Source: Octopus sinensis (Eukaryota). From it: a stretch of DNA of 64,000 bases. The translations under genes were made by a program, and so were the position numbers. The stretch is taken from positions 1,116,001 through 1,180,000 of the forward strand of contig NC_043008.1 in the NCBI RefSeq assembly GCF_006345805.1, written 5' to 3'. The notes under the pieces are model-generated. The model made no database searches. It was given only the letters and a program-made list of their open reading frames with translations, and was not told where the DNA came from. Every line of letters starts with the position of its first letter. Within the stretch, counting starts at the first letter, position 1. Below are positions 25,525 to 37,779 of this stretch, piece after piece.

Positions 25525-25592
25525 GTTCTGATGAAGCTATAGTATTTTATCCCGGTACACAATTATCATACTCAGCAGAAACAGCTGTAAGC
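25525..25592 (+). ncRNA. Minimal type I hammerhead ribozyme-like motif with intact core
   Basis: GTT-CTGATGA(25528-25534)-A-GCT..AGTAT/ATACT..AGC-A-GAAA(25578-25581)-C-AGCT-G-TA-AGC; predicted cleavage after 25589. Confidence 0.65.
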
Positions 25593-25640
25593 TGATAAAT
25601 TTCATAATATAACTTTTGATTTTTCCGCTGTCATCTCTTC

Positions 25641-25722
<82 letters not shown>

Positions 25723-25821
25723 ATATTTATGTTAATATCTATGTGCGTATATAAATAATATATATATACTTGTGTGAGTATGCATACGTGTTTATACTTA
25801 TATGTGGTGTGTGTTTATTAC

Positions 25822-25962
25822 TTCATTTTCTAGTCTTCTCTTCGTTTTCTTAATTACTAGATTTGTTTCTTTGTCCCTTGTGACTAGATGAAGGGCCCCT
25901 GATTTCAAACTATATATAAACGCTTCATCCAAATGTAGATTTTTTATTATTCGATATTCTGT
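25822..25962 (-). CDS. Candidate 141-nt phase 0-0 coding exon (TEYRIIKNLHLDEAFIYSLKSGALHLVTRDKETNLVIKKTKRRLENE)
   Basis: Acceptor AATTCTTCAG, donor GAA|GTAATA, open frame of exactly 47 codons in non-repetitive sequence. Confidence 0.3.
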
Positions 25963-26576
25963 CTGAAGAATTTCTAATAGGAGATATGTTACGCTTTGTA
26001 CTCCATGTATAATTTTGTAAATCTTACTAGCAAAAGAGTCATGTGTAATGGTGAATAAATAATACCAAAGACCTTTAAATCTCCACCTCATTCATTTCCA
26101 AAGTTATAAATCCATGCATGCATACATTAATATGTGCGGATGTTTAAACATATAATCTTCTGTGTATAAGTGTGTGTTCGTGTGTATATTTGTACGTGTA
26201 TAACCTTATATTAATATATATTTCATAATAAATTTTAATTGTTCTTACGATCGTTTACAGGAGTACGCATTATTATTATATTCTATGCAACAGCAATTTT
26301 CGTATTTTACTAATTTTAATATTTAGTAGATAAATATTACTAGTTGCCAATTATATTTATTTCTTGGAATACATATATGATTCTTCGTGAATGTGTATTC
26401 GGTTGAAGTCGATAATTCTCAACTCATGACCATAATGCATGATGTCACATCGGGTTGTGTTTGAGAGGAGCTAAATGGTGAAATATAAATGGGGAAACTT
26501 AGGAATTTGAACACATAAAGTAGATAACAAAGCAGTTTTGTAGCGAATTTTCCCAGCGCATTATTATTTGTGTTAC

Positions 26577-26611
26577 CTCAATATTTTCGTGTATACAGCA
26601 AATAATAAATG
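26577..26611 (-). CDS. Candidate 35-nt coding exon ((A)FIICCIHENIE)
   Basis: Strong polypyrimidine acceptor TTTTCCTCTTTCTTTTCCGCTTGTCAG, donor GAG|GTAACA; phase 1 to phase 0. Confidence 0.45.
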
Positions 26612-26830
26612 CTGACAAGCGGAAAAGAAAGAGGAAAATAGACAGACCGAGAGAAGTATACAAAGATAGCTACAAGGTGTGAAGGCGTGAAAGGTAGAGA
26701 GCGAATATATGTGTGCGAGAGTGTATTTAAGAAACACAATATAATTACGATGCTGGGTAGGGTTCTTTGGCATTATTAGCATCATTTCCTCAGCTTGGAA
26801 CATTTTGCAACAATTGCTGTTTTTATTTAC

Positions 26831-26891
26831 CTGTGGTCAATAAGATAATAAACCAAAAATAATATGCATTAGATAATAATGTTTTCAACAT
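26831..26891 (-). CDS. Candidate first coding exon (MLKTLLSNAYYFWFIILLTT), signal-peptide/anchor-like
   Basis: ATG at 26891, 20 codons plus 1 nt, donor CAG|GTAAAT; phase matches exon 26611-26577 across a 219-nt intron. Confidence 0.45.
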
Positions 26892-27289
26892 GCTTTTCCT
26901 TAGAAACTTGTTTTCATAATAAACTAACTTCGCTTAACGTAATAGTTTGCTATATAGATTTTTCTCTATCCTATACACGCCTTGTTCATAAGTATCTTAA
27001 TAAAATGCATATATGTTCGAAATAAAATACGATGCGAAGTTAGTAAGCATCGTTTTATTTATAATAAAATGCCTTGCATTCAGAAATGCAATTGTGGATC
27101 TTTTTGAGCCCTGCACACAATGGCTTGTGTGTCTCTTGTCGTGGTGCCTCATAATGAGTTTTCAAATATGTTGCGGCAAAATTTTACATGTGCTCAGTCA
27201 CTGATTAAGTAAAATTTCAAATAGCTCTTTCATTAGCGAGATCAGAAGGAATTGACGGCTCACCGTTTCGAAATGCTCTATTTATTTTC

Positions 27290-27700
27290 AATTATAAAGA
27301 GAACCGGTGGATGTGTGACTGTGTCTGTGTGTTGCAATCCAAGTGGTCTCCGTCATATTTTGTGTTCTTGTACCTGCTGTGAACAACATTTACCGTGTGA
27401 ATGTATACACTACTCTCCTCGAAGATTGTATTGCCATTCTACAGAAAACTGCGTTTGAACCATGGGAAGAGTATGATCATTCGGAATACTCAAATAATCA
27501 TTATCGTTAACTCTACCATATACAATACCTAAATGGCCAAAAACATTTCGTGATATGACTTCCAAAATTATCACAGAGCTACCTCTATACATCACAGCAA
27601 AGGACTTAATATTCAGGGTTAGGGTTGTAGACTTCGTTGGGCTGTCTCCGGGTATAAATTTGCCCTGGTTTACGAAATTGGGACAATGCTGCTTCATGAG
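27290..27700 (-). mobile_element. Heavily degenerate Tc1-like transposase fragment (second family)
   Basis: AVMYRGSSVIILEVISRNVFGHLGIVYGRVNDNDYLSIPNDHTLPMVQTQF, then after a frameshift TIFEESSVYIHTVNVV, aligns by eye with the Tc1 pattern TVKHGGGSVM.WG.IS..G.GPL..L.GR.N..DY..IL.D...PMVQ.LF...IFQDDNAPIHT. Confidence 0.7.
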
Positions 27701-28622
27701 AGATGATATTATTTCATTATCTTTGATAGTCTAGAGGCCATTCTTTTCCTCCTATGAATGTTTATGTTGGACAGAAGGGGTTTAGCAATTGAAGCCCTCA
27801 AATAGTATGCAGCATTGTAAACCTAACAACGAATAGCTTTGGTTGACCCAGAACTGGCACGATGGAGTCTTATATCTACTTTCTCTTTTGCTGCCCTAGT
27901 TTTAATATTCTACAATCTCTCTCCGTGGGCTTTGCCTTCCGCCGAGAATTATATTTACAAAAGTGGGTTTTATTTTTTCTATTTTAGAATGCCAACACTT
28001 TTAGAGACTATGCGTCCTGAAAACGTATTCCATTCAGCAGTTTTAAGGCTACCAATGCTTTATCATTTCGCGTTTTTAGAAATAAAACCTGTCACAAAAT
28101 ATAGAATAATTGAATTAAATATCTACGATTAAATAACTACAGTGGGCTACATAAGACTGTCGAGAAACTGCCTTGTGCTATGTCTTCCAACACATTACAT
28201 TCAAATTTTAAATCCCATCAGGGCTAACCTTAAATTTCCTCCTTAGGATCATAACATAAACAATATCTCGGTTCCCGCTCGATCGATGGTATCTCCTCCA
28301 ATCAAGATTCCTGGCCTTATATCTACACAAAGAATCCTTTTACAAATTGTGTTTCCAGACTTCTTGATTGACTGTTTGCCACTCAGATGTTTCAATAATA
28401 AATACATCCTTTGTTGCTCCTTGTTTCCTTTTATTATTGTTGTTTGTGGTAGTATTTAAATTTAATGTCATTCCTTATTGCACATATCGAACCAGTTCTT
28501 TTTTTAAATATTCATTTTATAAAACGAATTGCTGCTATTTGTTGTGAATCATGCAATCTTGTGCTATCAATAACGATGATGTTGGTGTTTAGCGTCCAGG
28601 TCAGGACTGATTGTATATATAT

Positions 28623-28976
28623 TTCTTTATTGCCCACAAGGGGCTAAACATAGAGAGGACAAACAAGGACAGACAAAGAGATTAAGTCGATTACATCGAC
28701 CCCAGTGCGAAACTGGTACTTTATCTATCGACCCCGAAAGGATGAAAGGCAATGTCGACCTGGGCGGAATTTGAACTCAGAACGTACTGACAGATGAAAT
28801 ACCTATTTCTTTACTACCCACAAGGGGTTAAACACGGAGAGGACAAACAAGGATAAAAACACGGATTAAGTCAACCCCAGTTCGTTACTGGTACTTAATT
28901 TATCAACGACAGACGAAATACCGCTAAGCATTTCGCCCGGTGCGCTAACGTGTCTGCCAGCTCGTCGCCTAGTGTT
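28623..28976 (-). mobile_element. Dimeric SINE family B insertion with 18-bp TSD
   Basis: Head GGCGACGAGCTGGCAGACAC on the minus strand, two tandem 3' tails ending CTTGTGGG..AAAGAAAT; flanked by GACTGATTGTATATATAT at 28605-28622 and 28977-28994. Confidence 0.85.
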
Positions 28977-30024
28977 GACTGATTGTATATATATCTATGT
29001 GTTCCAGCTGTGACTTGGCCTTCCCATTTTTTCCTTATGAAAAACTATGCTATCAGTTGTCTCCTTCCATATTTTTATGTTGCAGGATATGTGTGATGTG
29101 TGTCATCTTAGCTGCTATTTCTATGACGGCGAATGGTCATCCAGAGTCTTTCACCTTACTTCTGTAATAAATACTTTATATGTATAGTAGCTGGCGTATT
29201 ATATCTAAATCATAAAGGCACTTGCGGTTAGAAAATATTATGGTATTGAAGAGCTTTTGACAGGTTTTGATATTAACGAAATATTTTTACCTCCCTAATT
29301 CAAGTGAAGGAGTTATTTTCGGTTTAACATTAACAATTCATGTCTTTTCTTCGTCAGAAGAAAATAGAAAATATCGATTTATTGATTGTTTCGTGAAACA
29401 GTTCATATCGGCCTTCAGCATTATAATGGTTTTCTGCTCCTTCAACGGATCTCTACCTTTTCTAAGTGTTTTGTAAAAATTTATTAAACTCGTACCTATC
29501 ACCTTACAAACTAAGCTGAGTGCTATTTTACGATATTGATTTTGTTTTCAGTTATAAAGATATGTGGCAAGATATGAGAGTATTTTAACTTATCCCCAAA
29601 AGTTGCTGATATATTCCTTCAACGTATTGGTATATTTCCTTCATCAATGATCGAAATTTAATCAACAATAAGTTTAATATTGGGAGTAGCACTTAATTCT
29701 ACTTTCTGTACTGTTTTCATCTGAAACTGAGAAGATCTCATACAAAAATATAACATACTGCGTGCTAATTTGATTGCCCAGCAGTTTCTAGCTGTCTCAC
29801 TATAATCTCGTTTCAAATAACCGTGGCTACAACAGAGTGTACAAAAAACATTAGCATCAGTAAAAGAAATATATAAAATTATTAAAAAAGCATAATTTTG
29901 ACATCATTCTCTTATTACGAATTATCCAACATAAAGTTATTAGCATTATATATATATACATATATATATATGAACCCCAAAGAGCTAACACACGAAATTC
30001 TCGCAACTTAAGTCACTGTTGTTT

Positions 30025-30037
30025 CTACCTACTACCG

Positions 30038-30085
<48 letters not shown>

Positions 30086-30086
30086 G

Positions 30087-30148
<62 letters not shown>
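30025..30148. repeat. (TAC)n trinucleotide microsatellite
   Basis: Direct reading; explains the poly-V ORF. Confidence 0.95.
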
Positions 30149-31856
30149 TATGACAGAGAGAGAGAGAGGGGGAATTAATAGTACTTTGATTCGGCTCCAT
30201 GCAACTCCATAATTCCAAATTTCGTACGAATTACAATATGTAATATCCAATCCTGAAACCTATTTTAGTTTCTGATGAGTATAAGGAAACTTTGGTCTAG
30301 TTTTGTATCGTCATTTGTGAGTGACCATTTTATTAAAAGGGTCACATATTCATGCCAACAATCTAAAAGTAGTCTTCCGCTCTAGGCTTAGAACAGATTA
30401 CGTAATTCTTCTATATGTCATTAAATGTCAAATTAATTAATGTTAATGTTAGTCCCGAAATTGTTAAATTTTTTTTCCGCTCACAATTTATACATATTGA
30501 ATATTTAACTGTGAATCTCAGTTTGACCAAGATTAATTGTGAGAACCTCTGCTGAACAACTTTTTGAAGATTCTCTCTTAAGTGAGTGTAGAGGGACGAA
30601 ACAGATGTGTGACAGTCTCTGTTGCAGGGAGGACAACATTTAAGAGAATTTTGCATCAAATAAAATCGTTCAATGACTGAAAAAATGGCTTGGAACCCAA
30701 AGTTTCTTAACGCAATTTACAAGACATCTGGCACGTTTCAGGTCTACTTCTGAATCACTTCTCACATCGTAATACAAATCCGTTCCTGAATAGCTCAATT
30801 AACAGACTTCATTGCAAATAAAATAACTTCAACGATAATAGAATGGGATGTAACAGTCTTTTCTTCATATAATACAATACGAGATTGTCTGATGACTCAT
30901 ATTTACTTGATAGCTGCGTGCTTCCATTATAAAACACGTAACCATATTCAATTGTATCGTAGTAGCTGGAGTTATTTAAGAGTATGTCGAGCTAATATAT
31001 GCCGAAATGAATAAAAATGGAAAATTCAATATTATTCACTTTATACATTGTTATGTTTGCTATATATATCCCGGCGCATCAGGGACAGAGGCTTTAACTT
31101 CGGGCTTAACGGCTTGTAGCTTTCGCCATACCGTTCATATGGCATCGATTAAGATTTTATCTCATAAGTTACATCTCCAGAAAATATTGTTAAAGTTGGA
31201 GTACGGGAAGTATTAAGCCGAAATTAAAACCTATAGATTGTAGTTTATGACATATTAGAGCAAATCTGATCGTACTGTACAACATCGATTTATTGAATCT
31301 TGTTGCCATTAGCATGCCTTGAAGCCATTAAACGGAAAATAGGAGACAGTAATAAAGTTAAAGGAACATTATCTCAGAAAGCCCAACATATACTTTCCTT
31401 TAGAACATGTACATATACAAGTAAATAGATATTTATTTTTATTTTTTTTCTTTTGTCAGTAACAGTAGAAACGTCAAGTTTATGATCAGATAACCCCGCT
31501 CAAGAATATTTATAATTTTTCGCGTTTTGCTAGTATCAATGATGTTATGAAAAAGGTCATATTTATTGATATTTTTATGTGAAATAGATTTCTTCATGTG
31601 TCGTTTTGATAAGAAATATATGTTCTTCAACTAGTATGATGTAAAAGAATCAATTCGACAAAGAGAATTTTGTTATCATTTTCTAATCCACAAACACAAA
31701 TCTGTAGAATCAGAAAGCTAACTGGCTTCCTTGACGGAAGTTCTTGCTGCTGCGAGGCGCAACTATGGAACTTGCGTTGGTTGAGTGAGAAACAAAAATC
31801 ATCGCGAAACATAATAACGCTGACTAAATTGACGGCTATAAAAGTCAAGCAAACAA

Positions 31857-31963
31857 CGATCATCATCATCATCATCATCATCAACGTCTTTGTCATCGTT
31901 ATCGTTGTCATCATCAACATCACCATCATCACCATCAAAATCGTCGTCGTCGTCATCATCACC

Positions 31964-31995
<32 letters not shown>

Positions 31996-32130
31996 CGTCG
32001 TCGTCATCGTTATCGTCATCATCATCAGCATCACCATCATCATCGTCGTCGTCCTCGTCGCCATCATCAATATCGTCGCCGCCGCCGTCGTCGTCATCAT
32101 CATCATCTTCGTCTTCATCATCATCAGCGT
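31857..32130. repeat. (ATC/GTC/ACC)n compound trinucleotide tract
   Basis: Direct reading; explains the poly-M, poly-I and poly-S ORFs. Confidence 0.95.
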
Positions 32131-33099
32131 CCTCCTCTTTAAGAATAATAACAACTGCAAAGACAACAATCTCGCATTATTCGTTGCTTTTGGCGCAGTG
32201 CCAGAATTTGAAGGAAAAACAAAACAAATGTAAACAGCTTAAGGAGTAAGAGAAAAAAAAAAGTGAAAATGCTAAAACCGGTGCCGTTTATTTCTGCCAT
32301 GTTTGAAAAATAATCAATGATCATCTGGATTTCAGCCATCACCATTTCATTTTCTCTAGATATTGCACATTTCGAGCTATATTATTCAAAGAGTTCCTTC
32401 GTTGAAAAGTGTGCTGTTGGAGCACCACCTTTCTAGGCTCTTTAGTCGGCATGTTAATAGAAACGCAATCATGGACAACCAACGAAAACGAAATGGTGGC
32501 TTAATGTAACGAAGAACAAGATGCGTATATTTATTTATTCTTCAGGTGGCAACAAGAGGTCGTATAAAGGCGGACAAGGATTTAAATTTATATCGTAAAT
32601 ATGCCATGATGGGATTTGAACTCAAAAGAAATATTGGAAAACCGCCTGATGTTTTACATGTCAAGGCTAGTGTTTTGGATTGTAAATATAGGACATCCGA
32701 CATACTTCCTCTCAGCTTTTGTCCACATTTATTTATTCACAAGTTTTAGAATAAACAGAGACTGTAGTAAAAATGCTTTCCTGAGCCGCCAAATAGCGGC
32801 ATCTAAAGTACCTTTAAGTGGGATCGAGCCATGGACATCATGATGAACTACTTGCAAGATGAAGTACTTAAATATCCGGTCATGCTTATGTATCTAGTAA
32901 ATATATAATTCAAAAGCTATTTTATTCTATAAAAAGAACAAAGAACTTGACTTGAAAGCAATCAGTCTGCTGCTATTTCGAGCCAGTCAAGAACCACACC
33001 GAATCACCTGCATCGGCCTAGAAATCGATTCGTCAAAGATTTAAGAGAACGTATAGGAATCATCCAAAATCCAACTCTACTACTCTACGTTACTATATA

Positions 33100-33308
33100 T
33101 TCTATAAAATCTCTATTTCCATGAAACCAATTTTACATAAACCCTTTTTGCCATAAAACTGCTATTCCATAAAACTTGTATTCCATGAAAACCTCTGTTC
33201 CATAAAACTTCCATTCCATGAAAGCTCTATTCCATAAAAACATATATTCCACGAAAACTGTATTCTATAAAACATCTATTCCATAAATTTTCTGTTCCAT
33301 ATAAAACA
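33100..33308. repeat. Degenerate 16-17 bp minisatellite, about 13 units (consensus TTCCATAAAACTNTA)
   Basis: TTCCAT(A/G)AAA recurs every 16-17 bp. Confidence 0.85.
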
Positions 33309-34113
33309 CTTTTTCAAAACAAACAATTTTAACAATATAATGAACAGTTCTAAAAAATGTTAAAAATGAAAATTATATAATGTTATTTTTTTCTTTTCTA
33401 AGTGACAATATAATCATTATTCTTGTTTAACTCGATTTCTTCGGCTTTTATCTGACGAAAATCTAATATATCGAGTTGAACATTAAATGACATTAATTTT
33501 ATTACCAAAAGGGATTTAATTTGATCACTTCAGAAGAGAACGCAATGGGAATTTTAGAGTTTAGTCATATATGAATATAGAAGAGGAAGTAAAAACAAAG
33601 ATCGATTTCACCGATTTGTTACAGGCGCAGAACAATTCCTTGGAATTTGTGGTCCGGTTTATTCTGTGTGTGTTTCATATATCGCCGAAATCTTCTTTGC
33701 CGTCAAACCTTCTAAAAAAAAAAGTACTCAACATGTATTGATGATTAGGGGATTTGTTAACGCCTTAAGATATTTTCTAGGGTTATTTTTTTTCTATTTT
33801 ACAGTTGGTAAGGTTTTGAGCTAAGACGTTAAAGTTTTATTGGAGCAGGCCAGATAATATGGTATAGGAAACAGACAGAAATGTTTCAAAGTAAAAAAGA
33901 CAAAAATCAGGGATCAGGAGACCTCATACGTAGCTTCCGGTCCGTGATATCACAGATAGGTGCAGCACACAGACAACAAGTAGATTCGATAGGCTGTTGA
34001 CCAGTCGAAAGTACTAGAGAGCTCTAGTAATTCTTCGACCAATAATTATATTTTGTAAATTTGAAATATATTCAAATATAAAGTGAATTAACTGCCGATT
34101 AGCAGAGGATATA

Positions 34114-34200
34114 CATGGACTGATCAATAAGTATTCGGACTGTTGTCATAGTAACGAAGTTAAGGCACGCAGAGAGAAGCCGCTTGGAACAAATTGACTT
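34114..34200 (+). mobile_element. Mariner-family terminal fragment (same family as 25058)
   Basis: Sequence match to 25058-25110; starts after TA. Confidence 0.5.
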
Positions 34201-34310
34201 TCCAACATCGAAATGAATATTTTAGACCTTAACGGAAACCCAACCGGTCCTACAAACACTGGCTAGAATACTAGTTCCCAGACTTCCACCACAATTACAG
34301 ATAAGATAAA

Positions 34311-34390
34311 AATCTCCATGACGGTAAACATACTTTTTTTCTCTTTTCTCTTTGCCTTCGTCAAAAAGTATGTTTACCGTCATGGAGATT
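34311..34390. repeat. Perfect 28-bp inverted repeat with 24-nt loop
   Basis: AATCTCCATGACGGTAAACATACTTTTT (34311-34338) and AAAAAGTATGTTTACCGTCATGGAGATT (34363-34390). Confidence 0.9.
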
Positions 34391-35018
34391 CGTATAGTAG
34401 CAGATAAGGAATTTTTAACTCCTATTTCTAACTTCGATATGTGATGAAGCAGTTAGGTGAACCCTAATTATAATTGCTCCATTAACTGGTAACGCATCAT
34501 CAATTATGCCTAATTGACTCTTATTAGAGTTTTGTATATTTTCTTCTGGGTTGATGTGTACCTGGGACGGTATGAAATTTATGACCAACAGCCAGCTATG
34601 AGCTGTCAACTGACTTTGCTTTTTATTCTATATATACGCAGTCTTCTAGTCTTAAATTTTTGTTGATGATAAGAAGATAGATAATTGGAAATGAATTACA
34701 AATTAATTTATGACTCCTCCTCCCACTTTAAAAATCGTAGTTTCTTATTCTTTTAGTTATTTTTGCTACAATAGTGGCAGCATGAAATTCTTCCAACCTC
34801 TTGCTATGTTAAAATATTTAAGAAAGATTATATTACTATTGCTTGTCTGTTGCAAAGCCATATTTGTGCAGCTGAAGATAGCGCTCAATTTAAATTTATG
34901 TAACGATTGCATTGTTCAATTAAATGGAGTCGCACTGCATTACTACTTAACATCCTGTTACTTATTTTGATTATAATTACATATACATATATATATATGT
35001 GTGTGTATATGTATGTAC

Positions 35019-35079
<61 letters not shown>

Positions 35080-36707
35080 CACATGTATATGTAAAAGCAT
35101 ATATCAATTATATAGATATATATACATGCATACACATATATAAACAAAGCGGTGGATGTATATGTATATAAACATATTGACATATCTGTATAGAAATACT
35201 CACACGCACACTCATGTGTGAGCACACTTTAAATGGGGAGAACTGAAGCAATTGTTTGTAAATATTGCAGAGTGATACGATGAATGAATATATAACATCG
35301 ATAATGTTGCCGTATTGATGTGTGTATATTAATATATATATATATATGTTTGTGTATATATGCACATATATATATATATGTGTGTGTGTATGTACACATT
35401 TATTTATGTATTTATATACATATGTATACGTATGTATGTTTGCATATATATATACATATATATGTATATATACATGTATATATAACTATATCCATATATA
35501 TCTAACTATCTATCTATCTTTGTAACTATATATATCTATGTATGTGTGTGTGTATATACACATATACATTTGTACATATATATATATGAGTGTGTGTGTG
35601 TGTGTGCGTGTGTGTGGGGGTGTATATATACTCTATGTGTTTGGACGCGTGTGTGTTTTATGTTTGTGTGTGTGTATACATTTGTGTGCATGTAGTTTTT
35701 AATGTTATATCGCTGATATATTTAACTGGTTGTTATGAGCAGAACAGTTAATATCGTAAATAATTAGATTTAAATTTAAATGTGTAATTATAATGAATTC
35801 GTCATCAATTATTATTTTATTTTTGCTGATATAGCTATTAATTTTACTATTCAAAACCATGAACAGGAAAAAAAATTAAGCATATAACTATATATATATA
35901 TGACTAGACTTTAATTGTCTTAGTGTATAAAAGATTAAAGTTTTCTGTCTGAATTCTGCTGTATATATAGATTAATGTGTCTGCAACTTTTTTTGTTTAA
36001 GCTCTCACTTTGGTTTCTCAGTGAGTAATGTCAATGCAGTTTGAATATTTGTATAAACGTGTCTCCAGATGTGTTTATGTATGTTATCAGATGTTAAATT
36101 CACACAAATACACTACTGTAAACAGCTATATGTCTATGTGTGTATATGAGTGTATGCACGTATGATAGTCTGTATATTGCTTTGTATTTATTTTGTATAA
36201 TGATATAAATGTGTCTCCACATCTATGGATTTTATAATGTACTGTATCAATATAAAATTCAACCCTGTAAGTAGGTATCTGTGTAAGAATATTTGTCCGT
36301 GTGTGTTTGTGGTTGTGTGTGTGGTCGTCTGTATATGTGTTTATTTTAAATTAATATAAATGCGTCTCAAAATCAGTCTATATTATTATGTGTTATGTCC
36401 TCCCAAGTATATAGATGCCTGAGCTGGTTTATGGTTTATATTCACAGACAGTCATACACACACACATATATATAGCTTTATATGTGCATATATGTGTGTA
36501 TATATGTGTGTATATATGTGTATATATATATATATAAAATATTATTAGAGACAAAACCACTATTTTGCAAAACAAACAAGGAAAGACTTAATCAATACAT
36601 AAAATTTTATAAATAGTCTCTAATAATATTTATAATATTTTACTATAAAATGGATTTAATCCTAAATCTAATTTTTTCCCTGTAAATTTGGATTTATTCC
36701 CTAATAT

Positions 36708-36754
<47 letters not shown>

Positions 36755-36769
36755 ATATACATGCATATG

Positions 36770-36810
<41 letters not shown>

Positions 36811-37548
36811 ATATACACGCATGTGTTTGAGCATGTATAAGTGTTTTTGTATGTTTTATTGAATGTCGGTCATGTTTGTTTTTGTATTAAAATAAATATG
36901 ATTCCATATTTATGCATGATATCCAATGATATATTCACGCAGGTACACGATAGTAAGTAATAAATTGCGTAAACAATTGCGTAAACACGAACGTGCATGT
37001 ATGTATCTATGTTCTGTAGCTGTAGTCTCTAAAGAGACTTGCGTATATATTTGTAATAATAGGTGCCGATGCATTGATTTATGTGTTGTCAATGTGTCTG
37101 TCCACACATTACTCCATAATTTAATAAAAAATGATACATTTGGAAAATAATATACAAAACGTAACATTAGATTGGTTTTAAATTGACCTCGGTGCAAAAC
37201 AAATGAAAACAAAACGTTTTACTTCCGTCTTGTCATACATTCTTTCTGTCTGTGTGTCGATATCTAATATTTCCCTTTTCATTACCTCTTTGTTCCAAGA
37301 TGGTGAACTGGAACAATCACGATCAAGTCGAATGCAGCATCAGCGACATTTTTTCCGGTCCTTTACATTCTGAGTTCAAATATAGCCGCAGAGAAGTTTA
37401 CTCTCAATTCTTCCCGTGTCAATGAAATAAGTACCATTTATGTATATGAGTGTATATGGTATCGATGAAAGTTGCTGGCCTTGTACTTATATTAAAAATC
37501 GTTGTCTTTCTGTCCTTTTATCTCACCCCCAGTATTGGTTGCCTTTAA

Positions 37549-37779
37549 GGCGGCGAGCTGGCAGAAACGTTAGCACGCCGGGCGAAATGCGTAGCCGTAT
37601 TTCGTCTGCCATTACGTTCTGAGTTCAAATTCCGCCGAGGTCGACTTTGCCTTTCATCCTTTCGGGCCCGATAAATTAAGTACCAGTTACGCACTGGGGT
37701 CGATGTAATCGATTTATTCCGTTTGTCTGTCCTTGTTTGTTCCTACTGTGTTTAGCCCCTTGTGGGTAGTAAAAAAATA
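37549..37779 (+). mobile_element. tRNA-derived SINE family B, full length with 12-bp TSD
   Basis: GGCGGCGAGCTGGCAGAAACGTTAG head, GAGTTCAAATTCC B-box; flanked by GGTTGCCTTTAA at 37537-37548 and 37780-37791. Confidence 0.92.

Noticed and set aside
27410-27697. 95-aa ORF initially resembling a cadherin or FN3 exon (VNDND, EVISRNVFG)
   Set aside because: Across a frameshift it aligns much better to the Tc1 transposase catalytic region.
33995-34040. Small hairpin GTCGAA..TACTAGAG-AG-CTCTAGTA..TTCGAC
   Set aside because: Too short to distinguish from chance in 64 kb.
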